DNA from: Bacteroidota bacterium
GTDB lineage: Bacteria; Bacteroidota; Bacteroidia; Chitinophagales; Saprospiraceae
Assembly (NCBI GenBank): GCA_009908745.1
Contig: JAAAOU010000364.1
Coordinates: 309-64,308 of the forward strand
DNA length: 64,000 nt
Reading direction: 5' to 3'
The notes beneath the pieces were generated by a model. That model made no database searches. It worked only from the letters and a program-made list of their open reading frames with translations, and was not told the DNA's origin. Positions 29,224 through 37,588 of this stretch are shown here, in pieces. The stretch's first letter is position 1, and every line of letters begins with the position of its first letter. The translations under genes were made by a program, and so were the position numbers.

Positions 29224-30147
29224 GTGGCCGTTTACTCCATAAAAGACTTGGAAAAGCTTTCGGGCATTAAAGCTCACACATTACGCGTGTGGGAGCAGCG
29301 GTACGATATTATCCATCCCCACCGGACCAAGACCAATATACGTTACTACCTGGATGATGACCTGAAGTTTATCCTCAACATCGCCCTGCTCAACAAAAAC
29401 GGCATCAAAATTTCCAAAATTGCCCAAATGAGCCGGGAGGAAATCGCCGAGAAAGTGGCCGCTATTTCCGAAATCAATTTCGAATACGGTACGCAGCTTG
29501 ATGCGCTGACCATCTCCATGATCGAGATGGACGAGTACAAATTCGACCGCATCATCCGGACCAATATACAGCAGCTGGGCTTCGAGCGTACTATGCTTGA
29601 GATTATCTACCCTTTCCTAGACAAGCTCAGTGTGCTATGGCTCACGGGGTCTATCAATCCCGTTCAGGAAAACTTTATGAGCTACCTCATCCGCCAAAAA
29701 ATCGTGGTGGCGATCGACAACGAGCCGTTGGTGAATGGGAAAGACGGTAACCGTTTCTTGATTTACCTTCCGGAAGGCGAGAAACAGGAGTTGTCCATGC
29801 TTTTCATGCACTACCTGCTCAAATCACGCGGTAATCACGTCATCTATGTAGGGCAAGACATCACACTGACTGACCTGAAGGATGCTAGCAACATCTACAA
29901 GCCGGATTATATTTTCACTATGATCACGGAGACTTTCAGCAAGGAGCCGTTGCAGCAGTATATTGACCGTTTGGCGGAAAACCTTCCCGATAGCCAGTTG
30001 CTGCTCTCCGGTTATCAGGTGGTCACGCAGGCAGTCAAGCTCCCCCAAAAGGTTAAAGTGCTAGGCAGCTTGGACCAAACGATGCAGTTTTTGGACGGGC
30101 TCACGCCCAACGTTCCTTCTAAAAAGGAAAAATCAACAGCAAAGTAA
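29224..30147 (+). CDS. MerR-family regulator with B12-binding-like domains (CarH/LitR-like), cobalamin motifs degenerate
   Basis: YSIKDLEKLSGIKAHTLRVWEQRY (MerR HTH); W-x9-EN in place of W-x9-EH; EKQELS in place of ExHxxG. GTG start. Confidence 0.88.
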   Translation: MAVYSIKDLEKLSGIKAHTLRVWEQRYDIIHPHRTKTNIRYYLDDDLKFILNIALLNKNGIKISKIAQMSREEIAEKVAAISEINFEYGTQLDALTISMIEMDEYKFDRIIRTNIQQLGFERTMLEIIYPFLDKLSVLWLTGSINPVQENFMSYLIRQKIVVAIDNEPLVNGKDGNRFLIYLPEGEKQELSMLFMHYLLKSRGNHVIYVGQDITLTDLKDASNIYKPDYIFTMITETFSKEPLQQYIDRLAENLPDSQLLLSGYQVVTQAVKLPQKVKVLGSLDQTMQFLDGLTPNVPSKKEKSTAK

Positions 30148-30210
30148 CATACACTATGCGGACAGCGTTCTTACCGCATTGATCATTCATTCTTTAAACA
30201 AGTTATCCAT

Positions 30211-30918
30211 ATGAAAACCACACTAAACATTCTCGTACTCGCATTATTGGCGGTCGGATTTCTCGCTTGCAACGGCGCGCCCGAAGGTGAGCAGGTAGAA
30301 GCTGGCGAAAAAGCTGAAAAATCGGAAGCCACTGAAGCTGCTGCCCAAGAAGGTATGACCTACACGGTGAATACCGATGCGAGCAAAGTCAACTGGGTAG
30401 GCAGTAAGCTACTGGGCGACCAACACACTGGGTACATCAACCTCAAGAGCGGCACACTCACGGTGAATGACGGTAACATCGTAGACGGTACTTTCACCCT
30501 CGATATGACGTCTATTACGGATACCGACCTCGCCCCGGACGACGGTAAAGCGAAGCTCGAAGGCCACCTCAAGAGCGATGACTTTTTCAACGTCAGCGAA
30601 TACGAGGAGGGCACCTTCGAGATCGTGGAAGTCAAGCAGGCCGGCGACAACCCCGATGCGACCCACCAAATCGTAGGTAATTTGACGCTAAAGGGGATTA
30701 CCAAGAGCGTCACTATTCCCGCTACGATCAATATGATGGAAAACAAGCTCACGGCAAGCACGCCACAGTTCACCATCGACCGCACCGAATGGAAGGTGAT
30801 GTACGGCTCTTCCGCGCTAGGCTTGGCCAAAGACAAAATCATCAACGACCGCGTCGGCTTGTCCATTGAGCTGCAAGCTGCGCCTAAGGAGGAAATGACG
30901 GAAAAGATGGACTCTTAA
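30211..30918 (+). CDS. YceI-family (polyisoprenoid-binding) lipoprotein
   Basis: Lipobox FLAC; SKVNWVGSK...HTG.I, HLKSDDFF, GNLTLKGITK.V, IDRTEW...YGS. Confidence 0.93.
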   Translation: MKTTLNILVLALLAVGFLACNGAPEGEQVEAGEKAEKSEATEAAAQEGMTYTVNTDASKVNWVGSKLLGDQHTGYINLKSGTLTVNDGNIVDGTFTLDMTSITDTDLAPDDGKAKLEGHLKSDDFFNVSEYEEGTFEIVEVKQAGDNPDATHQIVGNLTLKGITKSVTIPATINMMENKLTASTPQFTIDRTEWKVMYGSSALGLAKDKIINDRVGLSIELQAAPKEEMTEKMDS

Positions 30919-31010
30919 AGGGTTGAAAAGTTAGAACGTCGATTGAGTTGAAGGGTTATCTTAACTCCTGAGTGGGTAGATAGCCCTTCTGCTTTTTGGG
31001 GTAGTTGGAA

Positions 31011-31255
31011 AGTTGAAAAGTTGGCAGGTTGAAAATTTGAAGTGTTGCCCACCGTGCCCAGTTGAAAAGTTGGCAGGTTGAAAATTTGAAGTGTTGCCCG
31101 CCGTGCTCAGTTGAAAAGTTGACAGGTTGAAAAGTTGAAGGGTTGCCCACCGTGCCCAGTTGAAAAGTTGACAGGTTGAAAAGTTAAAGTGTTGCCCACC
31201 GTGCTCAGTTGAAAAGTTGACAGGTTGAAAAGTTGAAGCGTTGCCCGCCGCGCGA
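31011..31255 (+). repeat. Tandem array, 5 x 49 bp (array 1, part A)
   Basis: Unit agttgaaaagttg(g/a)caggttgaaaa(t/g)ttgaagtgttgccc(a/g)ccgtgc(c/t)c starting at 31011, 31060, 31109, 31158 and 31207. Confidence 0.95.
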
Positions 31256-31520
31256 ACCTTGAAAGACTCCTTCCCTTTGGTCATCCGCCTTCAGGGTAAA
31301 CCTTTCAACCCTTCAACTCTCCGAGCTTACCGTCCCGCCCAACCTTTCAACCTTAGAACCCTCCGAGCCTACCACCGCGCCAACCTTGAAGGACTCCTTC
31401 CCTTTGGTCATCCGCCTTCAGGGTAAACCTTTCAACCCTTCAACCCTCCAAGCTTACCGCCGCGCCAACCTTTCAACCCGCAAGCTGAACACCCCGCCCA
31501 ACCTTTCACCCCGCCCAACC
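31255..31520 (+). repeat. Two copies of the ~125-bp module B (array 1, part B)
   Basis: aaccttgaa(a/g)gactccttccctttggtcatccgccttcagggtaaacctttcaacccttcaac... at ~31255 and ~31382. Rich in aacctttcaacc, which is the near reverse complement of part A's ggttgaaaagtt. Confidence 0.9.
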
Positions 31521-31542
31521 CTCTTATCCAGTACAAGTATCG

Positions 31543-31878
31543 TCAGACGATTTCCAAGAGACCATACTGAGTACTTTCGTGCAGGGCTGTGATTTGTTCA
31601 TGATGGCGGATCAATAGGCTTTTGATATTCTCAGTTGATTGGTTCCCCGTTCTGAGTAGTATAACCTTAGGGGGGAAGCCTTTTTGGACAGAAAAGTGGT
31701 AATAATCTTCATCATTCGTTACGATCATGGCATTGTTGTCTTCCGCCCAATTCCATATCGCAATATCGCTAGCAGGAACCGGTAAGCCACAGCGATCTAC
31801 ATGCTCCACGTGTCCAAATTTTGGCGACAGTAAACTGATCAATCGCCAAGAAAGATTGGCATCCAGCAGTAATTTCAT
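31543..31878 (-). CDS. DUF5615 family PIN-like protein (VapC45-type toxin)
   Basis: MKLLLDANLS, ASDIAIWNWA, IVTNDEDY, PPKVILLRTGN. Confidence 0.9.
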   Translation of the reverse strand: MKLLLDANLSWRLISLLSPKFGHVEHVDRCGLPVPASDIAIWNWAEDNNAMIVTNDEDYYHFSVQKGFPPKVILLRTGNQSTENIKSLLIRHHEQITALHESTQYGLLEIV

Positions 31879-31879
31879 T

Positions 31880-32113
31880 TTACGCGGCGATAATTTGAGT
31901 TATTTGCTCCCGGTAAGCTGCAAAGGCCAGCGCGGCGAAGAGGTGCTCCTGCTTAAGAGTCGGAAAGTCTATGAGTATCTCTTCATAGCTCATACCAGAG
32001 GCAAGCCATTGCAGTATATCTGAAACAGCGATACGGGTACCTTTTATACAGGGCTTGCCGAAACGGATATTGGGGTCAATGCTGATGTATTCTTGATATT
32101 TATTCATTTTCAT
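31880..32113 (-). CDS. DUF433 family antitoxin
   Basis: ISIDPNIRFGKPCIKGTRIAVSDIL..LASGMSYEEIL.DFPTL...AAL.FAA. ATG at 32113 or 32107; stop is 1 nt from the DUF5615 start. Confidence 0.92.
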   Translation of the reverse strand: MKMNKYQEYISIDPNIRFGKPCIKGTRIAVSDILQWLASGMSYEEILIDFPTLKQEHLFAALAFAAYREQITQIIAA

Positions 32114-32261
32114 TTCTATTGCCGTTGTAGAAAAACCCGCTCTCATGTAAGATAGTTCTTTGCCCTGAACTCTTTTGCTTTTAGAGCCTCATTTTTTCAC
32201 CTTTTAAGGTGGCAGCCTTGCCCACCGTGCGCGTGAGCTAACCGTCCCGCCCACTGTGCCC

Positions 32262-32457
32262 GGTTGAAAAGTTGCCAGGTTGAAAAGTTGAAGTGTTGCC
32301 CGCCGTGCCCAGTTGAAAAGTTGCCAGGTTGAAAAGTTGAAGCGTTGCCCACCGTGCCCAGTTGAAAAGTTGCCAGGTTGAAAAGTTGAAGTGTTGCCCA
32401 CCGTGCCAGGTTGAAAAGTTGCCAGGTTGAAAAGTTGAAGTGTTGCCCGCCGCGCCA
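32262..32457 (+). repeat. Tandem array, 4 x 49 bp (array 2, part A)
   Basis: Units start at 32262, 32311, 32360 and 32409; same unit as array 1 but with ttgccagg in place of ttggcagg/ttgacagg. Confidence 0.95.
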
Positions 32458-32675
32458 ACCTTGAAGGACTCCTTCCCTTTGGTCATCCGCCTTCAGGGTA
32501 AACCTTTCAACCCTTCAACTCTCCGAGCTTACCGTCCCGCCCAACCTTTCAACCTTAGAACCCTCCGAGCCTACCACCCCGCCAACCTTTCAACCCTTCA
32601 ACCCGCGAGCTGAACACCGTGCCAACCTTTCAACCCTTCAACCCTCCAAGCTTACCACCCCGCCACCCCTTCAAC
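32457..32675 (+). repeat. Module B plus decaying aacctttcaacccttcaac subunits (array 2, part B)
   Basis: 32457-32580 is nearly identical to 31255-31380. Confidence 0.9.
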
Positions 32676-32702
32676 TTTCCGTATCTTCCCCCCAAAACAA
32701 CC

Positions 32703-33812
32703 TTGCCCCTTTATCTAGACCAAGCCATACTGTTGCTCTTCCTCGCCGCCACCGCAGTGCAGCTGCTCTATTGGTTAGGGCCCTTCCTGCGCTTTGCCCT
32801 TCACCGGCCTGCCCCGCCCCCTTCGGTGCCGGCAGAACCAGTTTCCATTATTATTTGCGCCCGTAACGAAGCCAAGCAGCTCAGGCGGTATTTGCCGTAT
32901 TTTCTTGCGCAAGACCACCCGGACTACGAGTTAATCGTGGTAAATGACCACTCTTCCGATAAAAGTTTGGATGTTCTTTTGGAGATTCAGCGAAAAAACC
33001 CCATATTGCGCATCGTAAGCATCACTACCAAAGATGCACGTGGGAAAAAAGCAGCCTTGAGTGAGGGCATCAACGCTGCTAAAAACAAAATTGTCCTCTT
33101 ATCCGATGCCGACTGCCAACCTGCAAGTACCCAATGGGTCACGCAAATGCAGGCTGCTGTAGAAGGATCTACAACAATCGGACTGGGCTACAGCCCATAC
33201 TTTAAAGACGAAGGCATTTTAAATGCTTTCATCCGCTTTGAGACCGTCTATTCTGCTATCCAATATCTTTCCTTTGCATTCGTCGGATGCCCCTACATGG
33301 GAGTGGGGCGCAATTTAGCGTATCGCAAATCCCTGTTCGAGCAAGCAGGAGGTTTTGCGTCGCACCAGGCAGTTACTTCCGGTGACGACGATTTGTTCGT
33401 CAATCAAGTAGCGGCCGCTAACAATACTCGGGTGGTACTATCACCCCTTGCATTCGTATATTCTCAACCAAAGAGTAGTTCGAGAGGCTACTATCGCCAA
33501 AAAAAGAGGCACTTAAGCACGGGCAGCCGTTACCGTTGGCAGCATCAGCTCTTACTAGGCCTGCTTTCCGCCAGCCATTTCGGCCATTACGTCTTGGGGC
33601 TCGCCTCTATCCTGTTTCACAATTTGGCAATAATCGTAATTATTAACTATCTGGCACGGATAGTGGTAGTCTCTGCGGTGTACTATTTTACTTTGAGAAA
33701 ACTACGAGACCCCTCACTCATTTACTGGGTCCCCATTTTTGATGCACTGTATATTTTCTACTACCTGCTTTTCGCGCCAGCCCTTTTTAAAACAAAGGAA
33801 CCATGGACATAG
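32703..33812 (+). CDS. Glycosyltransferase family 2 (membrane-bound, poly-GlcNAc/cellulose synthase-like)
   Basis: SIIICARNE, VVNDHS, GKKAAL, LSDADC, GVGRNLAY, SGDDDL, RQKKRH. Start set at TTG 32703 because the ORF-track extension reads through the repeat. Confidence 0.9.
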   Translation: MPLYLDQAILLLFLAATAVQLLYWLGPFLRFALHRPAPPPSVPAEPVSIIICARNEAKQLRRYLPYFLAQDHPDYELIVVNDHSSDKSLDVLLEIQRKNPILRIVSITTKDARGKKAALSEGINAAKNKIVLLSDADCQPASTQWVTQMQAAVEGSTTIGLGYSPYFKDEGILNAFIRFETVYSAIQYLSFAFVGCPYMGVGRNLAYRKSLFEQAGGFASHQAVTSGDDDLFVNQVAAANNTRVVLSPLAFVYSQPKSSSRGYYRQKKRHLSTGSRYRWQHQLLLGLLSASHFGHYVLGLASILFHNLAIIVIINYLARIVVVSAVYYFTLRKLRDPSLIYWVPIFDALYIFYYLLFAPALFKTKEPWT

Positions 33813-34459
33813 CAGTACAACAGACCCAGCCCAAAAGCTACAGCGCCCTGAACAGCGCTACCGAAGACTACACCCTCGTCAAAGCCGCGATTAAGGGGAG
33901 TCAAAAAGCGTACCAACTTTTGATGGACCGCTACCGCAACCCGATCTTCCACATGATGCTGAAGATGGTCAACAACCGGGAAGATGCCGACGACCTCACC
34001 ATCGAGGCCTTCGGCAAGGCCTTCTCCAAATTGGCGAGCTATACGCCGCGCTATGCGTTCAGCACTTGGCTGTACCGTATCGCCATCAACAACGGCATCG
34101 ACCACATCCGCAAAAAGCGCCTGCACATGCTGTCCATAGACGAGCCTATGGACGGAGACTACAGCAGCGACTACTCCCACAATATACCCGGTTACACTCT
34201 TGACCCCGAGCAAAGCTACATCCGCGAGCAGCGGCTGGAGCTGATGCGTGAGTTGCTCGGCCGGCTGACGCCCAAATACCGCCTTATGATAGAACTGCGC
34301 TACTTCGAGGAGTTGAGCTACGAAGAGATTGCTACCGATCTGGATATTCCGCTCGGCACGGTGAAGGCACAGTTGTTCCGCGCTAAGGAGGTACTGGGCA
34401 ACTTGCTCAGCCAGCCGGGCGCTGGGGATTATATTGAGCAGGTGCGCCGCCGGGCGTGA
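33803..34459 (+). CDS. ECF-type sigma-70 factor
   Basis: DADDLTIEAFGKAF, FSTWLYRIAINNGIDHIRKK, SYEEIA..L.IPLGTVKAQLFRA; overlaps the GT2 stop. Confidence 0.93.
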   Translation: MDIAVQQTQPKSYSALNSATEDYTLVKAAIKGSQKAYQLLMDRYRNPIFHMMLKMVNNREDADDLTIEAFGKAFSKLASYTPRYAFSTWLYRIAINNGIDHIRKKRLHMLSIDEPMDGDYSSDYSHNIPGYTLDPEQSYIREQRLELMRELLGRLTPKYRLMIELRYFEELSYEEIATDLDIPLGTVKAQLFRAKEVLGNLLSQPGAGDYIEQVRRRA

Positions 34460-34507
34460 AAGTACGGGCCTGACTCCGACATCATACTGCCCGGGGTCGG
34501 GTCTCAG

Positions 34508-36052
34508 CTACTTCACCAACGGAGCTGCCACCGCCTCCACCGCCCGCCAACTATAAGCGCGGGCACCTTCCCGTACACCTTTCTCTCGGTTGATGTGCTT
34601 GAGGTAAAATGCACCTCTAGGCGGCTGCACGCTTTCCATTTGCGTGCTCCGGTGTAGGCGCTCGTAGGTATCGTAGTCCAGCTCGTGCCGCTTCTCGAGG
34701 GATGCCATAAATTGGAATTGCTCGGTGCTGGCCCGCCAGCCTGGCTCTACCGTAGCGGTGAATACTTTGGATTTGGAGCCGCTGCCGTAGGCAAAAAAAC
34801 CGAAGGTGGAATGGGTGAGGTCGCGCTCCGATTGCAATGCTGCTTCCAGCGTGCTCATCAGCGCCAAGAAGATAGAAGCGGTGTAGAGGTTGCCGACTTT
34901 AGAGGAGGCGCGCTCGCCCTTTTCGATCTTTTCGGCAACGAAACGCCGGTAGCGCTCCGTCTTGGTAACCGCCCGCAGGTATTTTGCTTTGGCCTTTTCG
35001 TAGTCGGCTTCCGCTTCGTACTGTGCTGGCTGGGGCTCCTCTTGTTCTATCAGTGCCGCCGTACGCTCCCAATCACCTCTTTTTTTGCTTTCTTCCATAT
35101 ACAGCTCGGCAAACATACGCCGCGCTTGGTAGGCATAGGGCAAATGAAAAACCATGCGGTGCCAGTCGTCGGTTACCGGCTGTCGGGCATCAAGGCCAGC
35201 TTTCCGGGTGTAGTGCTGTAGCGCCTCGCCGATGCGTTTTTGGTAGCAGGCATTGGAGTAGGGACCGTCAAATACCGGGGTGTCCCGGTGTACGTCCACG
35301 AATGCATCCGGGTGGGAAAGTAGGCCATTGGCAGCTTCGCTATCGTCCATCTTTTGGAGAGTGGCTTGTACCTGCGCTTCGTCTTGTCCGCTTTCGCGCA
35401 ATGCCTCCGCTACAATCTGCTGTTTAGAATATTGCCGGAGCGGTTTGAAAAAATCATGCACGCTGCGGCTAGCGACGCCCCAGCTGTCGTGTATGCTCAG
35501 CAAGCTTGGGTCTTGTTTGACCAGCATGGCCACTGCGCCTGCTCCTTGCGTGTATTCCCCGCCGGAAGCCATATCGTAGCGGGCGATGTCAGAGGCGACC
35601 ACTATGCCGATGCGGTCTTTTCCTCCCCGGACCCAATCCAGCGTATTTTGCAGCGCATCCACCGCGCCGATGCAGGCGAAAGTGAGGTCGACTACATCGC
35701 AATTTAGAAAGGCGTCTTTGCCCTCCTCTTCTGCGTAGTACTGCGTCAGCATATCCAGCACATAAGAGGCCATAGGCTTAGAGCCGTCCACGGTACTTTC
35801 TGTGCCCATGTAGATACGGCCCACCTGCTCAGGTTTGAGGCCGTTGCGTTGCATGAGCTGCAGTACGGCATTGGCAGCCATCGTAGCGACGTCTTCGTGG
35901 GCGTCCGCCACAGCCATTGCTTCCAAACCGAGTCCTTTGTTGAGCTTGGCGTACTCCAAATCCCGGGCTTGCGCCAAGGTTTTGATAGGCAGATAGAGGG
36001 AGGGTAGGTAGACGGCAAGGTCGTCTATTCCCACTTTGGGCGTTGTATGCAT
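34508..36052 (-). CDS. mvaS: Hydroxymethylglutaryl-CoA synthase (mevalonate pathway, Bacteroidota type)
   Basis: KLNKGLG...EDVATMAANA, GTES..DGSKP, FACIGAVDAL (catalytic Cys), GEYTQGAGAVA, FDGPYSN, FHLPY, GNLYTAS, YGSGS. Confidence 0.93.
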   Translation of the reverse strand: MHTTPKVGIDDLAVYLPSLYLPIKTLAQARDLEYAKLNKGLGLEAMAVADAHEDVATMAANAVLQLMQRNGLKPEQVGRIYMGTESTVDGSKPMASYVLDMLTQYYAEEEGKDAFLNCDVVDLTFACIGAVDALQNTLDWVRGGKDRIGIVVASDIARYDMASGGEYTQGAGAVAMLVKQDPSLLSIHDSWGVASRSVHDFFKPLRQYSKQQIVAEALRESGQDEAQVQATLQKMDDSEAANGLLSHPDAFVDVHRDTPVFDGPYSNACYQKRIGEALQHYTRKAGLDARQPVTDDWHRMVFHLPYAYQARRMFAELYMEESKKRGDWERTAALIEQEEPQPAQYEAEADYEKAKAKYLRAVTKTERYRRFVAEKIEKGERASSKVGNLYTASIFLALMSTLEAALQSERDLTHSTFGFFAYGSGSKSKVFTATVEPGWRASTEQFQFMASLEKRHELDYDTYERLHRSTQMESVQPPRGAFYLKHINREKGVREGARAYSWRAVEAVAAPLVK

Positions 36053-36097
36053 AATCCTTTGGTTTTAAAAAATGGCTGGTTATTTGGCAAGGGATTG

Positions 36098-36105
36098 CAA
36101 ATGTA
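36098..36105 (-). promoter_or_regulatory. TAnnTTTG -7 element for HMG-CoA synthase
   Basis: Minus-strand TAcaTTTG 45 bp upstream of the ATG at 36052. Confidence 0.55.
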
Positions 36106-36322
36106 CGCCCTTCAACAAACAGGAGGTACTAATAGTTCTCCAAGGCAGAATTTGTGAATCTTGACTTGCTCTTTTTCCGGCTAGCTGCCTCAAAAAGCCT
36201 CGACGTCCGTACGGATGCCTACGTTTTTTGACTTGCCAGCCAAAAAAATAGCGGCGTCAATTTTTCACATATCCTATCGTGGAAAACTATAGGTTTAAAA
36301 AAACGGCGGTTACTAAGGCCTG

Positions 36323-36565
36323 CTACTCGTAGCGCTTGAAGATTTTGTCAATCTCATGGGCGAGCTCCCGGTCTTTGTCGGTCACCACATCGCCAGCGTC
36401 GTGGGTGCTGAGGGCAAAGTCCACGGTGTTGTATACGTTGTGCCAGTCGGGGTGGTGCTGCAGTTTTTCTGCCTTGAAGGCCACTTCAGTCATAAAGCTG
36501 AAGGCCTGGGTAAAGTCTTCGAACTTGAAGGTTGCTTTGAGTTTATTGTCTGACTCTTTCCACAT
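36323..36565 (-). CDS. phhB: Pterin-4-alpha-carbinolamine dehydratase
   Basis: FKFEDFTQAFSFMTEVA..AEKLQHHPDW.NVYNTV...LSTHD.G..VT.KD..LA. Confidence 0.95.
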   Translation of the reverse strand: MWKESDNKLKATFKFEDFTQAFSFMTEVAFKAEKLQHHPDWHNVYNTVDFALSTHDAGDVVTDKDRELAHEIDKIFKRYE

Positions 36566-36667
36566 AATCGTTCTTTTAAGGTAATTGTGTAAATTAGGCT
36601 TTCCTTTTCAAGCCCGCAGCCGGGAAAATGTTCACCTGCTACGCCATCATTTCAATAACGAGCACCT

Positions 36668-37576
36668 ATGCGATTAGTACAACACAAGAGAGAAGCCTAC
36701 TGGTTTTACCGCTTTTTGTCTATTTTTTACGACAAGTTGGTCAACCCACTGTTCTGGACCGCCCCGATGCGGGATAAAGCCCTAAAGTTGGCCCAGCTGG
36801 ACGAAGCAGGCATCACGGTGATAGACGTGGGCTCGGGTACTGGCTTTACCACGGAGGGGATCGTACGCTACGTTTCGCCGCAGCAGGTGACTTGCGTGGA
36901 CCAAAGCCCGCACCAAATGGAGCAAGCGAAAGCCAAGCCGGTGCTGCAGGGGTGTACTTTCCAACAGGGCGATGCAGAAAATATCCCTTTTCCCAGCCAG
37001 CAATTCGACCGGTATGTGTCAGCGGGCAGTATTGAATATTGGCCCGACCCCGCCAAGGGCATACGGGAAGCCTTCCGGGTGGTCAAGCCGGGGGGGATTG
37101 CCTTGATGATTGGCCCGCTTGAGCCAGCCAACCCTATCGGCCGTTTTATGGCAGAGTTGTGGATGTTGTTCCCGGAAGAAGAAGCCTACTGGCAGTGGTT
37201 CCGGGAGGCCGGCTTCGAAGAGCTGGAGGTGTGCTACGTCAAGCCGCAGTGGGTGGAAGGCAAAGGGAAGTACGGCATTGCATTAGCAGGCCGCCGCCCG
37301 CTGCACGCGGCAGACCCGCCCGAGGCAGCATCCTCAGCGGAAGAGCAAGAACGCATGGGGCTAGGGCGGCAGATTTTGCTTATCTTCCGGGTCATCATTG
37401 GGTCATTGGCCGGTTTTATTTTTATTCCGGCAGCTCTGGTCGGCCATCTGCGCCTGGCTTTCAAAAAGCGGGACCCTATTCCCGAAGCACAACGGGAGCG
37501 GCTCAACCGGCAGCAGATTACGGCGCTGGTCGTGCTTGCCGCCATTATTGTACTGCTGTTATTCATCATCTTTTAA
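36668..37576 (+). CDS. Plant-type 2-methyl-6-phytyl/solanesyl-1,4-benzoquinol methyltransferase (VTE3/APG1-like) with C-terminal membrane anchor
   Basis: QHKREAYWFYRFLSIFYD, DVGSGTGFT, DQSPHQ, GDAENIPFP, DRYVSAGSIEYWPDP.KGIREAFRV, WMLFPEEE.Y..WF and FRVIIGSLAG track Arabidopsis VTE3 motif by motif (from memory). Confidence 0.88.
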   Translation: MRLVQHKREAYWFYRFLSIFYDKLVNPLFWTAPMRDKALKLAQLDEAGITVIDVGSGTGFTTEGIVRYVSPQQVTCVDQSPHQMEQAKAKPVLQGCTFQQGDAENIPFPSQQFDRYVSAGSIEYWPDPAKGIREAFRVVKPGGIALMIGPLEPANPIGRFMAELWMLFPEEEAYWQWFREAGFEELEVCYVKPQWVEGKGKYGIALAGRRPLHAADPPEAASSAEEQERMGLGRQILLIFRVIIGSLAGFIFIPAALVGHLRLAFKKRDPIPEAQRERLNRQQITALVVLAAIIVLLLFIIF

Positions 37577-37588
37577 ACGATTTGGCTT

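Noticed and set aside
31011-32457. 49-bp periodic arrays as a CRISPR array
   Set aside because: The units are contiguous near-identical tandem copies with no unique spacers, and there are no cas genes in the window.
30956-32486. ORF-track proteins with STFQPVNF/GGQH repeats (30956-31150, 30961-31284, 31241-31426, 31386-31592, 32204-32458, 32238-32486)
   Set aside because: These are translation artefacts of the stop-poor 49-bp and module-B repeats; the period is not a multiple of 3.
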